Positions 35,461-48,299 of a stretch of 64,000 nt of DNA are shown one piece after another (the stretch's first letter is position 1; each line of letters opens with the position of its first letter). The stretch is from contig CM060734.1 in assembly GCA_030704615.1 (NCBI GenBank), positions 12,276,001 to 12,340,000 on the forward strand, in the 5' to 3' direction. The notes beneath the pieces were generated by a model. It worked only from the letters and a program-made list of their open reading frames with translations, did no database searches and was not told the DNA's origin. This DNA comes from Takakia lepidozioides (lineage: Eukaryota > Plantae > Bryophyta). The translations under genes and the position numbers were made by a program.

Positions 35461-37230
35461 GATTGGCCACTGCCAATCTAACCATTCATCTGCACTTCCT
35501 TGCACCTCCATTGCAAATAAACTCGCATCAGGTAATTGGTCGTCTACTCCTGTGGGGCTCTCCTGTTGTTAGGCGTGACAAATGATCTGCCGCAAGATGC
35601 AAACGGCCAGGCTTGTAAACAACTTCGAACTCAAACTCGGGCAAGATTATTAACCACCTCGCTATCCTTCCACTTATCGAGGTTTGTTCACCAGATATAT
35701 CAGAGTCTGGTGATCCACATTAAACATAAACTTTCTTCCCAATAGGTAATGCCTGAATTTCTTGACTGCATAAATCATTGCCAGTGCTTCTCTTTCAGTT
35801 GTGCTATAGTTCCTTTCAGCACTGTTCATCAACCTGCTAGCATAGTACACAGGTGAATCTATATTTCCTGTAACATTTTGGGCTAACACCACTCCCAACG
35901 CTTCTCCTGAGGCATCACAGTAAACATGAAATACTACATGCCAGTGAGGGTTAATCAGCACAGGTATAGTTGTTACTGACAATGTAAGTTCCTCAAAAGC
36001 TTGTTGACATTCAGCTGTCCATGCAAACACTTCATCTTTCTTCAGAAGCTTGCTCAATGGTGCTGCTATCTGTGCATACCTTTTGACAAATCTTCTGTAA
36101 TAACTGGTTTGTCCAAGGAATCTCCTTAGACTTTTAACATTTACTGGTGGTGGTGAGGCTTTAATGGCCTCTGTCTTCCTGGGATCCACAATAAGTCCCC
36201 TCTTACACACAATGTGTCCCAAAAGCACCCCTGAGTTCACACAGAAAATACACTTCTCTGGATTCAGGCCCAAACCTCTCATCCTGCATCTGGCCAAACA
36301 TAACTCCAATTATATGCAAGTGCTCATTCTTAGAGTTGTACACACTGAAATCATCCAAGAACACCTGCATGAAATTATCCAGATACTCATGAAAAGATTC
36401 ACTTATCACTCTCTGAAAGATTGCTGGTGCATTACAAAGTCCAAAAGGCATGACTTTGTATGCATAAGCACCCCAGTCTGTGATGAAAGCCATCTTTCCC
36501 TGGTCTTTTTGCACTTGATTATAACCACTGAAGCCATCCATGAATGAGTACATCTCATGGCCTGCCACAGTGTCCAATACCGCTTCTGTGAATGGCAAAG
36601 GAAATGGATCTTTCTTCGTGCAAGCATTCAACTTCTTGTAGTTCACACAAACTCTCAGTTTACCATTCTTCTTGGGAACTATCACAATGGGTGACAGCCA
36701 AGTTGTATACTCTATCGGGTATATAAACTTAGCCTCAGCCAACTTCTTGATCTCTTCTCCAACCTTCTGTGCATAGTTGGGATTCATTCTGTACCTTGCC
36801 TGTTTAATTGGTACTGACCCTGGTTCCAGTTCAATCTTATGCTGACAGATCTCAGGTGGTATCCCTTTTAGATCCTCGTAGCTCCAAGCAAATACATCTC
36901 TGTATTTGATGAACAAACTCTTAGCTTCCTCAAAGAATTCTGGCTCCAAATCAGCCCCTACCTTCACCATCCTCGGTTTCTTTTCAGTTCCCACATTCAC
37001 TTCTCTCACCTGCTCATCAGCTGTGATTGTCCAACCAGTCACCACTTCATCCTGTAAACTCACAGTGGCTGGTTCCTCTAGGATTTCCATTTCTTCTTCT
37101 CTTTCTTCATAAAAATGTGGTGGGTAACTGCTTATTTCTCCTTCAATTGGTGTTGCTGTCACTACACCACAGCAGATACCTTTTAAACAACTTAGGCCTT
37201 CCAGCTGCATCTCTGCAACCTGCTCCCACT
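35461..37230 (-). pseudogene. Ty3/gypsy pol fragment: RT, RNase H and RH-INT linker
   Basis: DVFAWSYEDLKGI, PIVIVPKKNGKLRVC, DGFSGYNQ, MPFGLCNAP, VFLDDF; RNase H YCDAS..YYASR..ERNYSTTEREAL..DH..ADHLSRL. Confidence 0.95.
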
Positions 37231-37479
37231 CTAGAGCATTTCCAGCGGTGCACGGTACATGAGCACGGTAAAAATGATTTGAAGGTGAACTTGACGGACC
37301 CACGAGGGCATGTGTCGTTTGACGTTTCACGATGCCCCACCGGTCGACGGCAAATGGTGACCAACATACTCTACTGCTCGACGTTCTTCCCTCCACTTGT
37401 TCTTCCCGCACGTTCTCCCTTTCTGCTCTCCGTGTCATGGATTTACAACGTTGGAGACAACAACTTCACTCCCAAATTA

Positions 37480-38160
37480 GATGACGATGACAGCGCCGTC
37501 TTGTCTATTCTTGTAGATCAGCTTGATGAAACCTTTGAAAACCATGAAGCAAAAAAGAGAGGCGGCTCTAGGGCTGGGCAATCTGCAAACATGGAGAGGG
37601 ATAGGCAGCGAGGGCATGATAGAATCTTTCACGACTACTTCTCAGATTCACCAGTGTACTCTGCTGAATTGTTTAGACGTCGATATAGGATGAGCCGGAG
37701 GTTGTTTCTAAAAATTATGGATAAAATATGTACACATGATACATATTTTGTTAAAAAGAGAGATGCGGCTGGGCTTCTTGGGTTGTCTTCCATTCAAAAG
37801 TGCACCGCTGCATATGGAGTGAGTGCTGATGCTGTGGATGAATATTGCAGGGTAGGTGAGAGCACCGTGATGGAGGCCATGAAACGATTTGTGGCAGCCG
37901 TTAGGGCAATTTTTGAGTCTACGTACTTGAGGCAGCCAACCAGAGCTGACCTCTTGAAGCAGCTGGACATCAACAAAGCCAGAGGCTTTCCTGGGATGTT
38001 CGCATCAATTTTGATTGTATGCACTACAGATGGAAAAATTGCCCTGTAGCATGGCAAGGGCAGTTTCAAGACAAAGACAAATCCAGATCAATTATTCTAG
38101 AGGTCATTGCCGATCAATCCCTGTGGATATGGCATGCCAGGAGGAAATAATGATATTAAT
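37480..38160 (+). pseudogene. Harbinger DDE transposase (Plant_tran type), frameshifted and truncated
   Basis: DYFSDSPVY..FRRRYRMSR.LF, KRDAAGLLGLSSIQKCTAA, DEYCRVGEST, RGFPGMFASI/DCMHYRWKNCPVAWQGQF, IILEVIADQSLWIWH, GNNDIN. Confidence 0.92.
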
Positions 38161-38693
38161 GTACCCTATGAGCACGTTCTCTAATTGTTTGTGTCTTTTG
38201 CTGCTCCTTGGCTGCTCGAGAGCCCTGCGGACGTTTCAGAACCTTCCTTTCGGTGAAATTTGCCGTGACATCCTGAACCTCCATAGAGCTGGAATTGTCT
38301 GCTTCATTTACTTGACCACTAGCCTTTCTCTTCATGGGCGGGGTTTTTCTGCTCATCTCTCACATCAGCCCACCTAGGTATATCCTTCAGTAGTAGCCAG
38401 CAGTGAATAAATCCAAACGACAATTTTTTAGGATGCTTCAGTTTGTAAAGCTCCAGTGTTTTTTGTAGTGTATCTTCCAGTGATGTTCCGCCCCATAATT
38501 ACCTACAAACTTTGCCACATCGTGCTTGATGACTGCCCATTTTGTTTCTAAGCTCCTTGGTGGTCACTCTCCTCCCATGACAGGTCTGTGGCGATTGTAG
38601 TGCACTGAAACTCTCTCCCAAAACGTGACATTTGCATAGTTGCCTCTCCTCATCAGCCACAAAGTTCTTTCCTTTCTTGGTCTTTGCAGACAT
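38160..38693 (-). pseudogene. Harbinger ORF1 MYB/SANT-like DNA-binding protein (NAM-associated C-terminus), degenerate
   Basis: KGKNFVADEERQLC, FWERV..HYN, RSLETKWAVIKHDVAKF, F.FIHCWLLLKD.PRW, RPQGSRAAK. Confidence 0.82.
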
Positions 38694-39146
38694 TGCTGCT
38701 CCTGCTCCTCTCTCTTCACATGCTCCTCTCAGCTCATTGCTTGCTGCCATGGATGCCGCTTCTCTCAGCTCGTCGCTCGTTGCCATCGCTCCTCTCAGCT
38801 CGTCACTCGCTGCCATGTATGCCGCTCCTCTCCTCTCAACTTGTCGCTCGCTGGAGCCCCCGGCCCTGGTATCCGCACCCCCGGGGCCCACACTTTGGTG
38901 CATGATACGAGCCCTCGTCAGCCCGGCCGGTACCTGCTGGAGCGACTAAAAAGCACGCCGACGTGCATTTATGGCGTGATGGTAAGGCGGTGTCTGCCAG
39001 GTGGTCCCTCCGCAACAAGGCACGTCGTCAAAAATTACATGTGCAGGGTAGTTTGATGGAGTTGCCGCTAGGGGAGGGGAGTGTTCGAAGCCGCGGGAGG
39101 TTACCGTGCAGTGGTGTTTAGTGTACCCCCGGTGGAGATGCTCTTA

Positions 39147-39415
39147 GAGCATCTCTAGCGGTCACGGCATGCCGCGCTGCAACGGCAAGCTGCAGATGCC
39201 GTCGCTGAAGTTGCTCGAAGCTGCACCCCAGTGGTCACCCTGCACGACACTTAAGCCACCGGCCCCCGTAAAATCCCAAACATTACCGCCAATTTGGTGG
39301 AGGACGCAGGGCTTGCACATGCTCATGACACGCGGAAGTCAACGAATGTTGACCGTCGTGGAGCTCGTGGAGCTCTACGTTGCCGTGGCACTTAGGGACA
39401 CCAGTGGGGATGCTC
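39147..39415. mobile_element. Tourist-like MITE (269 bp)
   Basis: TIRs GAGCATCTCTAGCGGT and ACCAGTGGGGATGCTC, with TTA on both sides (39144-39146, 39416-39418). Confidence 0.85.
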
Positions 39416-40848
39416 TTATAAGGGCTCTAGTGGGGCACCTCTTCATGCTGCCAGCAGTCCCGATAGCCGACCCCTGTGAACCTATCCTCGGACTAACTAG
39501 GGCTAGATACTTAGGGGGCAGCCCGAACCGTGATTTTGGCAAATTTGGAGTCTAAGCATAAATATTAAATAATTTGGCCACGGCTATCATTTTTCAAACA
39601 AAAAGTCTATAAAATTGCTTCAAGGACCTTTCAGATCAGAGCTAAGCACAGTGAGATATGGGCAATTAAAAGTGAACCCCTGGGAGATTAAGCTTGAAGG
39701 GTTAAGGGCCCTTCCCCGCGTTTTCCATAAGAAGGAAAAAGGAAACAAGGCCAACTCCATCTCTCCCACCTGCCTGATGTATGTAGAGTTAGCATCTCCT
39801 TTAAAAGTTGTTCCCAACTGTATTTTTCTCCCTTAGATCTGAAATCGTTCTTGACATGACAAGGTGATCATGCCATTCTATCAAAGTAGGGCGAAGCATG
39901 GGATCCATCGTCACTGAAGCGGTGGGCTTCAGTGATGTATGCATGTTGCGTCTGATGGAGGCCATCAGAATAGGAAGAACTAATATTTATGAGGGGAGAG
40001 ATTCATTGGTCGAGAAGTTCTCTAGGCTGCTATTGGCTGAGGTGGTGACATACTCATTCCTCAATCTAGCTCAATCTGATGTATTGAGCAGTTTAAGCGG
40101 TTTGCTGCAATGTAATAAGTACACTACAAATGCAGAGAGCCAGATGGATCAGGATCTTCATAGTACGGTTTTCATCATAACGAAATATGTCCTGCCGGTG
40201 CTCAACACGGATTTTACTGGAAGAGCACGAGGCAATTCGAAGCTATGCAGTGGCAGTTTGGCAAGCAGGTGACAAGAGGTTGGCAGCAGCAGTAGCAAAG
40301 CAGGCAGTCAAACTAAGCAAAGGTGCCATTGCCCTAAGCCTCTACTGCAAAATGATGTACTGGGTCACAGGGCCACTGTCTGCACTTGACAAGATTTGCA
40401 ATACACCTATGGAGCTATTTCATTTTGCTAACTTCAGCTTGACTGCTCTTGCACTGGTAGTTGCAAGTGGCCACCAACCATCTGTTTTTGCTGTCATGTC
40501 TCGCTGTGGCCTTCTCTTCAAGCATGAATGTGGCCCCCAAGCATACCTTACATATAGGCAATTGGAAGTGTCAGATCATGCAGGGGAAAAGCAACATCAA
40601 GCAAAAATAACATCAAGCACCCACCCCCAAGAAGGAAAAGCTGGAAAATCCATGTGAAATAAAGTATGGCCACAAGCCCATGTCAATGAATTGCATATTG
40701 TTCGAGCTCCCCAAAATCCACCATGTTCGAGCTTTGCATAGCTCCCCAAAAATTGAAATCCACCCTAGTCTATCCCACCACCAGAACAATGTAGCATGGA
40801 CCCTACAAACCAGTACTCCTCCCTTTTGCATCTGTCCTGCTACGGGTA

Positions 40849-43800
40849 TTACATGTGGGACTTTTCAGATTTATGACATCTACCATCTTCTTTTGACCTT
40901 TTCAGTAAAGGTGATGACTCATCCTCTGTCGCAGGACTTTGAATAAGCCCAATAGCCTTCATAGTAGCCACAGGACTGACATTGTTCATGTTCTTCATAG
41001 CACTGTGGGTTCCTTTTGGATGCCCTTTCCTCTTTCCATGGCGTGCATTTTTCAGGGTTGCGTGCGGCCCATCACAACTCCTCTCCAAATCATCTGCAAT
41101 GCACACAAAGACAAACACATTCAACAACTTCCATGTTTGTAAGCATGGCTTGATGCAGTGCTAACATGAAGTTGAGCAGAGTCATACAAAAATGAAACAA
41201 AATACCCCCCTACCTTCATTTGGTAGCAAGACCTTCCTCTGTGTCTTCCTGACGGGCTTTGGCGAATCTCCAACGTCTGCTTTGGAGAGTGCACCCTTTC
41301 TAGAAAGCTTTGGATTTTGTCTTAGATGCATTGAGCCTGTGGTTGCTGAATCAGCCTTCTGAGATCCTTCTGTAGTCGTGCGATTAGAGGATTCATGCAC
41401 GAGTGATTGTTGCTGCACATGTGAAGATACAGCTTTCACAATGACTGGCCCAGTAGACTCCCTACCTTTGCTTGAGGAGACTCCATGCTCGGAAGAAACT
41501 TGTGCGATTGGTACCTGGCTTCCAGCTTGTTTGTCTTCGCATTCAAAAGCCTTCCCAGTGATGGCATGTATGTCATTGCCTTCTTTTGCTTCACCCACAA
41601 TTGCATCCATAGAATTTGTGGCAGAATCATCATTTGTTTCTTCCTCTGAACCTGTAAACGCCCATAAGACACATGTTGAAAGACACACACATACAACTGA
41701 ACTTTTACTCACAAGAAAATTACAGCATTCTGGATTGACAATTAACAATCAAAGAGGTAAGCTATTCCACGGGTACGAGCATGACTATGCCTTTGGATGG
41801 TGGAGGAAGAATATCAGGGGCTGTTACGGCACATAAAGGCTCGCCCTCTACATTGGTTGGCGTAGTCTCTTTTTCTGGAGATGGACCACCACTTAACCAT
41901 GCTGCAATTTAGATTCACATGCAAGTAAATTCCATCAGTGGCCCACTCACAGAAGATTCCAATGCAACTACATGAATTCATATCCAAAACATGAAATGGC
42001 TGGGCCTGCTATCACATTCTAATTGCATGCAAATGCATTGTTCATAACATTCAGTTTATACTGCACTACGTACCCATCCATCCATCATCATGATTAGTTG
42101 CCTCGGTGAAGCACAAGTCAGAGATCCCCATCTTACATGCAGATATTAGGGCTTCAGAATTACCCCCCATGGTAGTATTGGTTGGTATGTTCCTTCCTTG
42201 TATGGAAGGTGTCGTTTCTTCATTCCCATCTCCCAAGTTCTTTACTTGCTTGGAAGCCCAAGGTTCTACATGCCAAGCCATCCCATGTCTACTTTTCTTC
42301 ATGCCACTTGTCTCCCAATAGCAGGTATAGGGCCCTGGGCCGCAAATTACAGATGCAAACAGAGGTGGAAACAATTATCATAATATAGGTATATACTAGG
42401 GATAGATGAACCTTACAACAAGTGCATATTATGAACTTGTATGAGCTCTACACCACTAAAAAGATGTCAAAAAGAACATTGGCAGACTGACATATGCACG
42501 TAAATATAACAGTTTGTCAAAATTGGGAACTTCTACCAATAGCAATGCAGTACCACATATCCTACACGTCAGGGCCCAAATGAAGCACTAGGCAAAAAGC
42601 CAGAACATTACTTGGACTTGTTGGTAAGCGTTGCACTTCCTCAACATGGTCAATGGTAGTGCCTCCCATTGATAGCTTCCGTGGGTGAAAATCTGCACGT
42701 AGTTGTAGGTGACCTTAAACAGATTTAAACATACAAGATTTAGCCCCTCATTGCATTGCCAAGCATGTCAAACTCCATAAAGCCACATTGCTCAGTACTT
42801 ACCTGACTTGTCAGGGCATTCATCGGGTCTTCTGAAATGTGCAACATCCCCATGATTTTCATTTTTTTGAGAACCTGCTTTTACACATTAATACAAAAAT
42901 GAATTTACATGACGTCCAAGTTTCAGGTGCTCTAAAGGACTGCAACATTTGACCGCATGTCAACATACTAGTATTTCAGCAAGCAAATTAGGTGCTAATG
43001 GTGGATAAAAGCTTCAATGGTGCAGCATGAGTACCTGATGCCTGCGCAGAGCTACAAGGGGTAAACCGCTTTGGGGTTTCTTCAATTGTTCCTTTGCTTT
43101 CTGAGTTGAAAACCGATCCTGTTATTCAATGACCAAAACCATGATTGTCCACCCATTACACAAGCCTATGTACAATATGCTAGCATCATGAATTATACAA
43201 TAATTAAGGTAATCCAGGCCTAATCAGTCACCCCCTCTTGACTTAGGTGTATGTCGGGCCCAGTGCCTCTACATGAATCGAGCAAAATAGGCCATTTGCA
43301 AGCTTCAACAGAATATTATATGACTTCAGTTCGATTAAATGTACCTTGTTTGGAGCAGGTTGCTACGCCTGAGCTGCCCACATGAGCTGGTGAAGTGCCT
43401 GGAAACACCTTGCAACCTGAAACAATAAGCAAGGGACATAAATGTATCCTAGCTCTAATCCTCCTATGTCAAACATCTAACAGTTCAGGTCTGCACAACA
43501 GGTTAGTACTTCCACACACACCATTCACTATTAAGATATTTGAACTGTAGGACAAAAGAAAGAAAAGAGACAAGACCTTTGTAACACCTGCAATCACCAT
43601 TGTGGGATAGAGAAACACAAACAAATCTCGAGAGGGAATATGAATTGTTTTCTATATTGCTACAGCCATAAGCTAAATGCCTTCCAAGTTCCACCGCCTT
43701 AGACAAAAATAAGGGAGAGAGAAATGGTGAGAGCAAAGGGAGGTATAGCTAGTTATGAAGGGATACACCCCCTGTTCCCATCCTAACCAATCAGTTCATA

Positions 43801-45535
43801 GCTAACCCTAACTCCAGAGTTAGATTTTTTGGTATACCTTCATGAACCCCACCAAGGCATTGCTATAGCTTGGAATGTCAGAAAAATAAGGTGATTGTGG
43901 AGCCAAAAATAGACACTTGCTTGGATGCATGTACCTCTTGGTGTCCTTAATGGCAATATGTCACGGCTGGTTGCATCCATCCTTTGTGGTAGAGTGTCAA
44001 GGCCATGTGACCTCTTCCACATTGCAGAGAATTCCTCCTCACATTGAAGACAATTGCCACTATTCTCTAAGTGAGCACATAGACAGAAAGGATGTAGGTG
44101 TGGCTGCAAGATGCCACCAAAACATCCCAAGTCTCACTGTCAAAATCTCGCTTACAAACAGGACAAGGAAAAACTGCAATTACCCTTTCCTCTTCCAATG
44201 ATTTGGTCTTAGGGTGTACAATAGGTTTAGGTCTGCCCATCATTGCCTCCCCTGCTTCCAATCTTTCAAGGTATTGCTCCACATAAGAGACATACAGTTG
44301 AAGACATGCAATCTCCGATTTGGCTTCCTCCAAAACATCCACTACAACTTTAACTTCAATTTCTGCCTTTGAGAAATTGAGGGTGCACATATCAACAGCT
44401 CGACTATATGCTTTCTTGAGCACCAACAAGTCACCTCTCTCCTCACGGATTCTTTCCAATGACACCTTGACATCCGCAAGCTTGCTGCGCAAATCATCCA
44501 TGACACGGTTAGAATCTGATAATGTGCTCGACATTTTCTCAACCGAATATCCTGCATCTTCAAGGTCGTGAGGGCGATGCTCTATAAGCTGAATGGTACT
44601 ACTCAGTCCACGTTCAATCTCTTTCTCTCTCTCTAACTGTGTTGAGTTCCTTTCTATGTCTTTAGAAACATCACTCAACATAGAACGCCGATCTTCCAAG
44701 CTTGATTGCAAATATCCAACTTTCTTCTGTGCAACATCTACTGCCAACTGTTTGGAAGTCAACATCTTTGCCAGTCTACTTTCCTCTTCCTTCAGTTCCT
44801 CCAGCATCCCCCCAGTATCCCAGAGCTCTTTCTTCCTGAGCTCTACATATTTGACCACCATATCTTGCTCGAGTTTGCGCTTTCCCTGTAACCCACGAAC
44901 TGAACTTGAGGGTGTGTGTTCAAGCTTCTTCAGCCCTGGTTTTCAATCCTTACTGCTCTTCCGGTCCAGGTCAGGCGATGCTTCAGTGGTTGGCGGCTGT
45001 AAAGCATTATAACCAGGTGGGAGCAAATGCTCCATACATGCTGCTCGCATAAGAGAAATAACTCCTGCTCGATGCACCAGACCTCTGTTGGGCTCCGACT
45101 TAACACCCGATGCTATCGCAGCTGCGGTAGCTCGACTCTGTAGCAAAGTCAGCCCAATCGATTTTTTTTCCCGTGCTTTTGTAACGTAAACAAACGTAAA
45201 AAGGAAGCACTCATGATACCATTTGGGACCTTAGGACTCTGATAGACTTTGCTCCATAGCTCTTCTATCTCTTCAATGAGATCTTTAGGTGCAGCTCCTT
45301 TCAAATACCTGTGACCTTGCCCCATCATTTTCTCTCCCCAGTTTTTCTCTAGCTCTATTTGAAGCTTGAAATTCCAATGCTTCTCTCCTCCCTCTGAGGT
45401 AAGACCCCCACTTGGAAGCTTTACATGCTCAGAAAAAAAGAACCTGGGCAAACACAAAATGCTACGGTCTTTTTTTCTATCTCCACTCTTCCTTCTCTCT
45501 TTCTCGTGCCCGGATCCCAAGCTTTCTGATTCCAT
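40849..45535 (-). pseudogene. Multi-exon coiled-coil + RING-H2 protein gene with long low-complexity tail, disabled in exon 1
   Basis: Exon 1 (43935-45535) encodes a heptad-rich coiled coil and CPVC..ASCSHTY/HPFC..CLQC, with frameshifts and one stop. Phase-1 GT-AG exons follow at 43345-43416, 43035-43118, 42803-42874, 42612-42692, 42074-42334, 41214-41651 and 40849-41093. The internal exon lengths are all multiples of 3 and the frames are open. Confidence 0.7.
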
Positions 45536-46399
45536 GACTGCCAGAAAACCCTAACCACGTATGTGCATGAAAACTGTAAGCTGCTACTACACCGGACTCC
45601 AAGACTCGAAGCACGAAATGGCATGGTAGAGAATGAAGGAGAGAGACGATGTACTTGGGACTGATCAATACGTCTGACATTGACAGATCCTCTATTGGCG
45701 CTCAAAACATTTGGAATGCACGGGTGTGGCTAATGGTGGCCGAATGCCATGCAAGCAAACTATATTAGTAGGTCCAATACCATCTCGACATGTTACACAT
45801 GAATTTGAATATCCTACCACGCAGGTGATAAATAAAAATTATGTTTGAGCTAATCGCAGAATGCCACATAGGCTAACTTTCGCAATGTATATGTGATGTA
45901 TGACACGTAGATTAATTGGAGGGCATTAAAAAATTGGTGCCACGTGTAGTGGATGTTTATTCAAAATAATACTATCTTCAGAGAGGATCGATAAGGGGAT
46001 CCCTTATCCCAGGAGTATTGGTGCTACCAACGAGCCACATCTAACGAATTTAAAAACAAAGACCCTAAAATTGTTAATGTAAAAAACTTAAAACCGATAA
46101 AATACATAATACAAGCTGAAAATTTGACCCTCACCTATCCAATAGCCTCTAAATATATAATGCAAATGTCCACGTGGATCGACTTTTGTCCGTCAGATCC
46201 GGAAGATCCAATGGGTCAAAGTTTATTATATTTGGGACAACAGCTATGGGAACTTTTGATGGTAGGATTATCCATAGCCAAGTAACCAAGTTATTGGTTT
46301 TGTGGGTAATTCATCCTAAGAACTGAACGTTAACTATCTGAAAAGAGTTGGGATGTCAATAGTTGCTGGAATATACTCCGTCCATTAAGATTGCGGCAT

Positions 46400-46910
46400 G
46401 TAGACTTATTTGAATTTTTCATCCACATACATACTTTTACATACATCCATCCATATATATATACTTTTACATAATTTTGATACTTTGACCTATACTTTTT
46501 GATACTTTTGAAGTTGTAACCAAAATCTTCAGGGTGCGCTATACCTTATGCACTTAAATGTTTTGCATTTGAGTATGTATTCATGAAGTAAAGTATCATG
46601 TCTATTTTGGCTTTTTTTTTAGTGAAAATTTCAAAATCGGGCAGCCATAATTCCTAGATTACACATTAGATGGTTCTGAAAATTTTACCATGGTTTTGTA
46701 GGTAGTTGATCTTATAGTGTACCAAATTTCAAACTCAACAGACCAAATCTGAAAACTTGACCTAAATTTGAAGATTTTTCATGCGTGACGCGGACATCAT
46801 GACCACTTTGCATAAAAGTATCAAGTACTTCCACCTGGTAGCTCCTATCTCAAATATACTTTGAGAAAGAGGTTCCTTACATTCTTCTCATTCCGGAAAG
46901 TATATATATG
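46400..46910. repeat. AT-rich region with reiterated ATACTTT/AAAGTAT motif in both orientations (TE subterminal-like)
   Basis: Motif at ~46431, 46461, 46480, 46492, 46502 and 46856, and inverted at ~46589, 46815 and 46897. Confidence 0.45.
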
Positions 46911-47105
46911 ATGGTATAAAACCTTAAAGGTTGTAAGTGACAATTGCGCAAAGTTGACAGACTGACAGAATCTCACCAAGTGGACAATACTTTTTGAGCC
47001 ACTCTAACATGCATTGACCCAGAAGGAGAGAGAGGAAGTAGCGGGGAAGGGGAAGGAAATTTAAAGAAGAAGAAGAAGAAGAAGAAGTCCCGTGGAGATG
47101 AATGG

Positions 47106-47552
47106 GTGAGTGTGCATGCGGGGGAGGGCAGTGGGGTAGCAAAGGAACATGGGAAGGAGGCTACAAAGAAGGGAGAGGGTGGGAAGAAGAAGAAATCCTT
47201 GGGGATAGAGGACGTGGAGTTGGCAAAGATTGTGGTGCCATCGGTGGAAGTCAATCGCCATGGTGACCCTTGCGGTGCATTCCGGGAGGCTATGAAGAAG
47301 CCAGCCTTTGAACTCACAGCGCGGTGGTTCTCGTGGGACATTGAGTGGGCTGATCAGCACTTTGGTGCGAAGCGGGCGTATGCCTGTGAGTTAGACTGCC
47401 GGTTTCCGTGCAATTGGAGTGACATAAGGGTGTTGGAGATGGTGGGGTGGAACTTGAAGGACAAGAGGTACCGTGTCAGAGAGATCATTGGGAGGGCAAT
47501 GGATGGTGGAAGCCTGTCCCATGCCCTCAAAGAGCCCTCAATAGGCTTGTAG
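47106..47552 (+). pseudogene. Possible DNA-transposon accessory (TnpA/Ptta-like) ORF fragment
   Basis: VN.HGDPCG..ARWFSWDI.W.DQ..LDCRF..W..VG..LKDKRY spacing resembles CACTA ORF2-type proteins. Recognised from memory only. Confidence 0.3.
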
Positions 47553-48299
47553 GCGGCGCCCCAAAGTCCAGGGTCTTCTTCATTGACTGTTCAGGCGATG
47601 GACCTCGCAAGGGGATCACCTCTAAAGCCAGTGTCTCCATCCTCCTCTTCCCCCTCCCTTTCTCGTGCCCCCTATTTCCCTCTTCCCTCTTCTTCTCTTC
47701 CTCCTTCTTTCTTTCCTCCTCCTTCTACCTCCTTGCGGCCTCCTTTGAAGCCTCCCTCTTCTCCCAAGGTGAGGAGGACCCCGTTCCCCCCCCCCTTATA
47801 AGCCCCCCCCCTTATAAGCCCTCTTGGCTACATAAGAAGGGGAAAAAACATTGGTGGTGGGGGTAAGCTCAAGGTGCCTATACCTGGCACTAGATCTGAG
47901 AATGCGCTTCCCCGCGTAAGTGTCAGGGCCCTCCATCTGCCCGTGGGGTGGCGTCCCAGCCTGAACATTGGGTGCATCACCCTGAAGTGGAGGCTCATCC
48001 CCAACCTCCTTCAAGGGCATGGAGGCCTCGACGGCCTTATGGCTCGGTCCTCTCACATAGCCGCCTATAGGGCTGGTGAGTTTGGACCAAGTGGAACGTG
48101 TCACACGGCTGTCCATGACGGGAGTGTTGTTAGGCTTCCCTACCTTAGTGGAAGGCGATTTCATGTCCTTTGTCAGCGCCTTCTCCTTGTCTTTCGGCAG
48201 CCCCTTTTCCTTGTCCTTCGCCATACTCCAAGCTTATCCCTGCGCCCACAACACTACTACAGTGTCATTTCACACACCAAAAACAAACAAGGCTCGACT

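Larger units (their letters stand above)
37234..39143. mobile_element. PIF/Harbinger DNA transposon, internally deleted
   Basis: TIRs GAGCATTTCCAGCGG (37234) and CCGGTGGAGATGCTC (ends 39143), flanked by CTA and TTA. Two convergent ORFs (nuclease and MYB/SANT-like) are both truncated at a junction near 38160. Confidence 0.9.
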
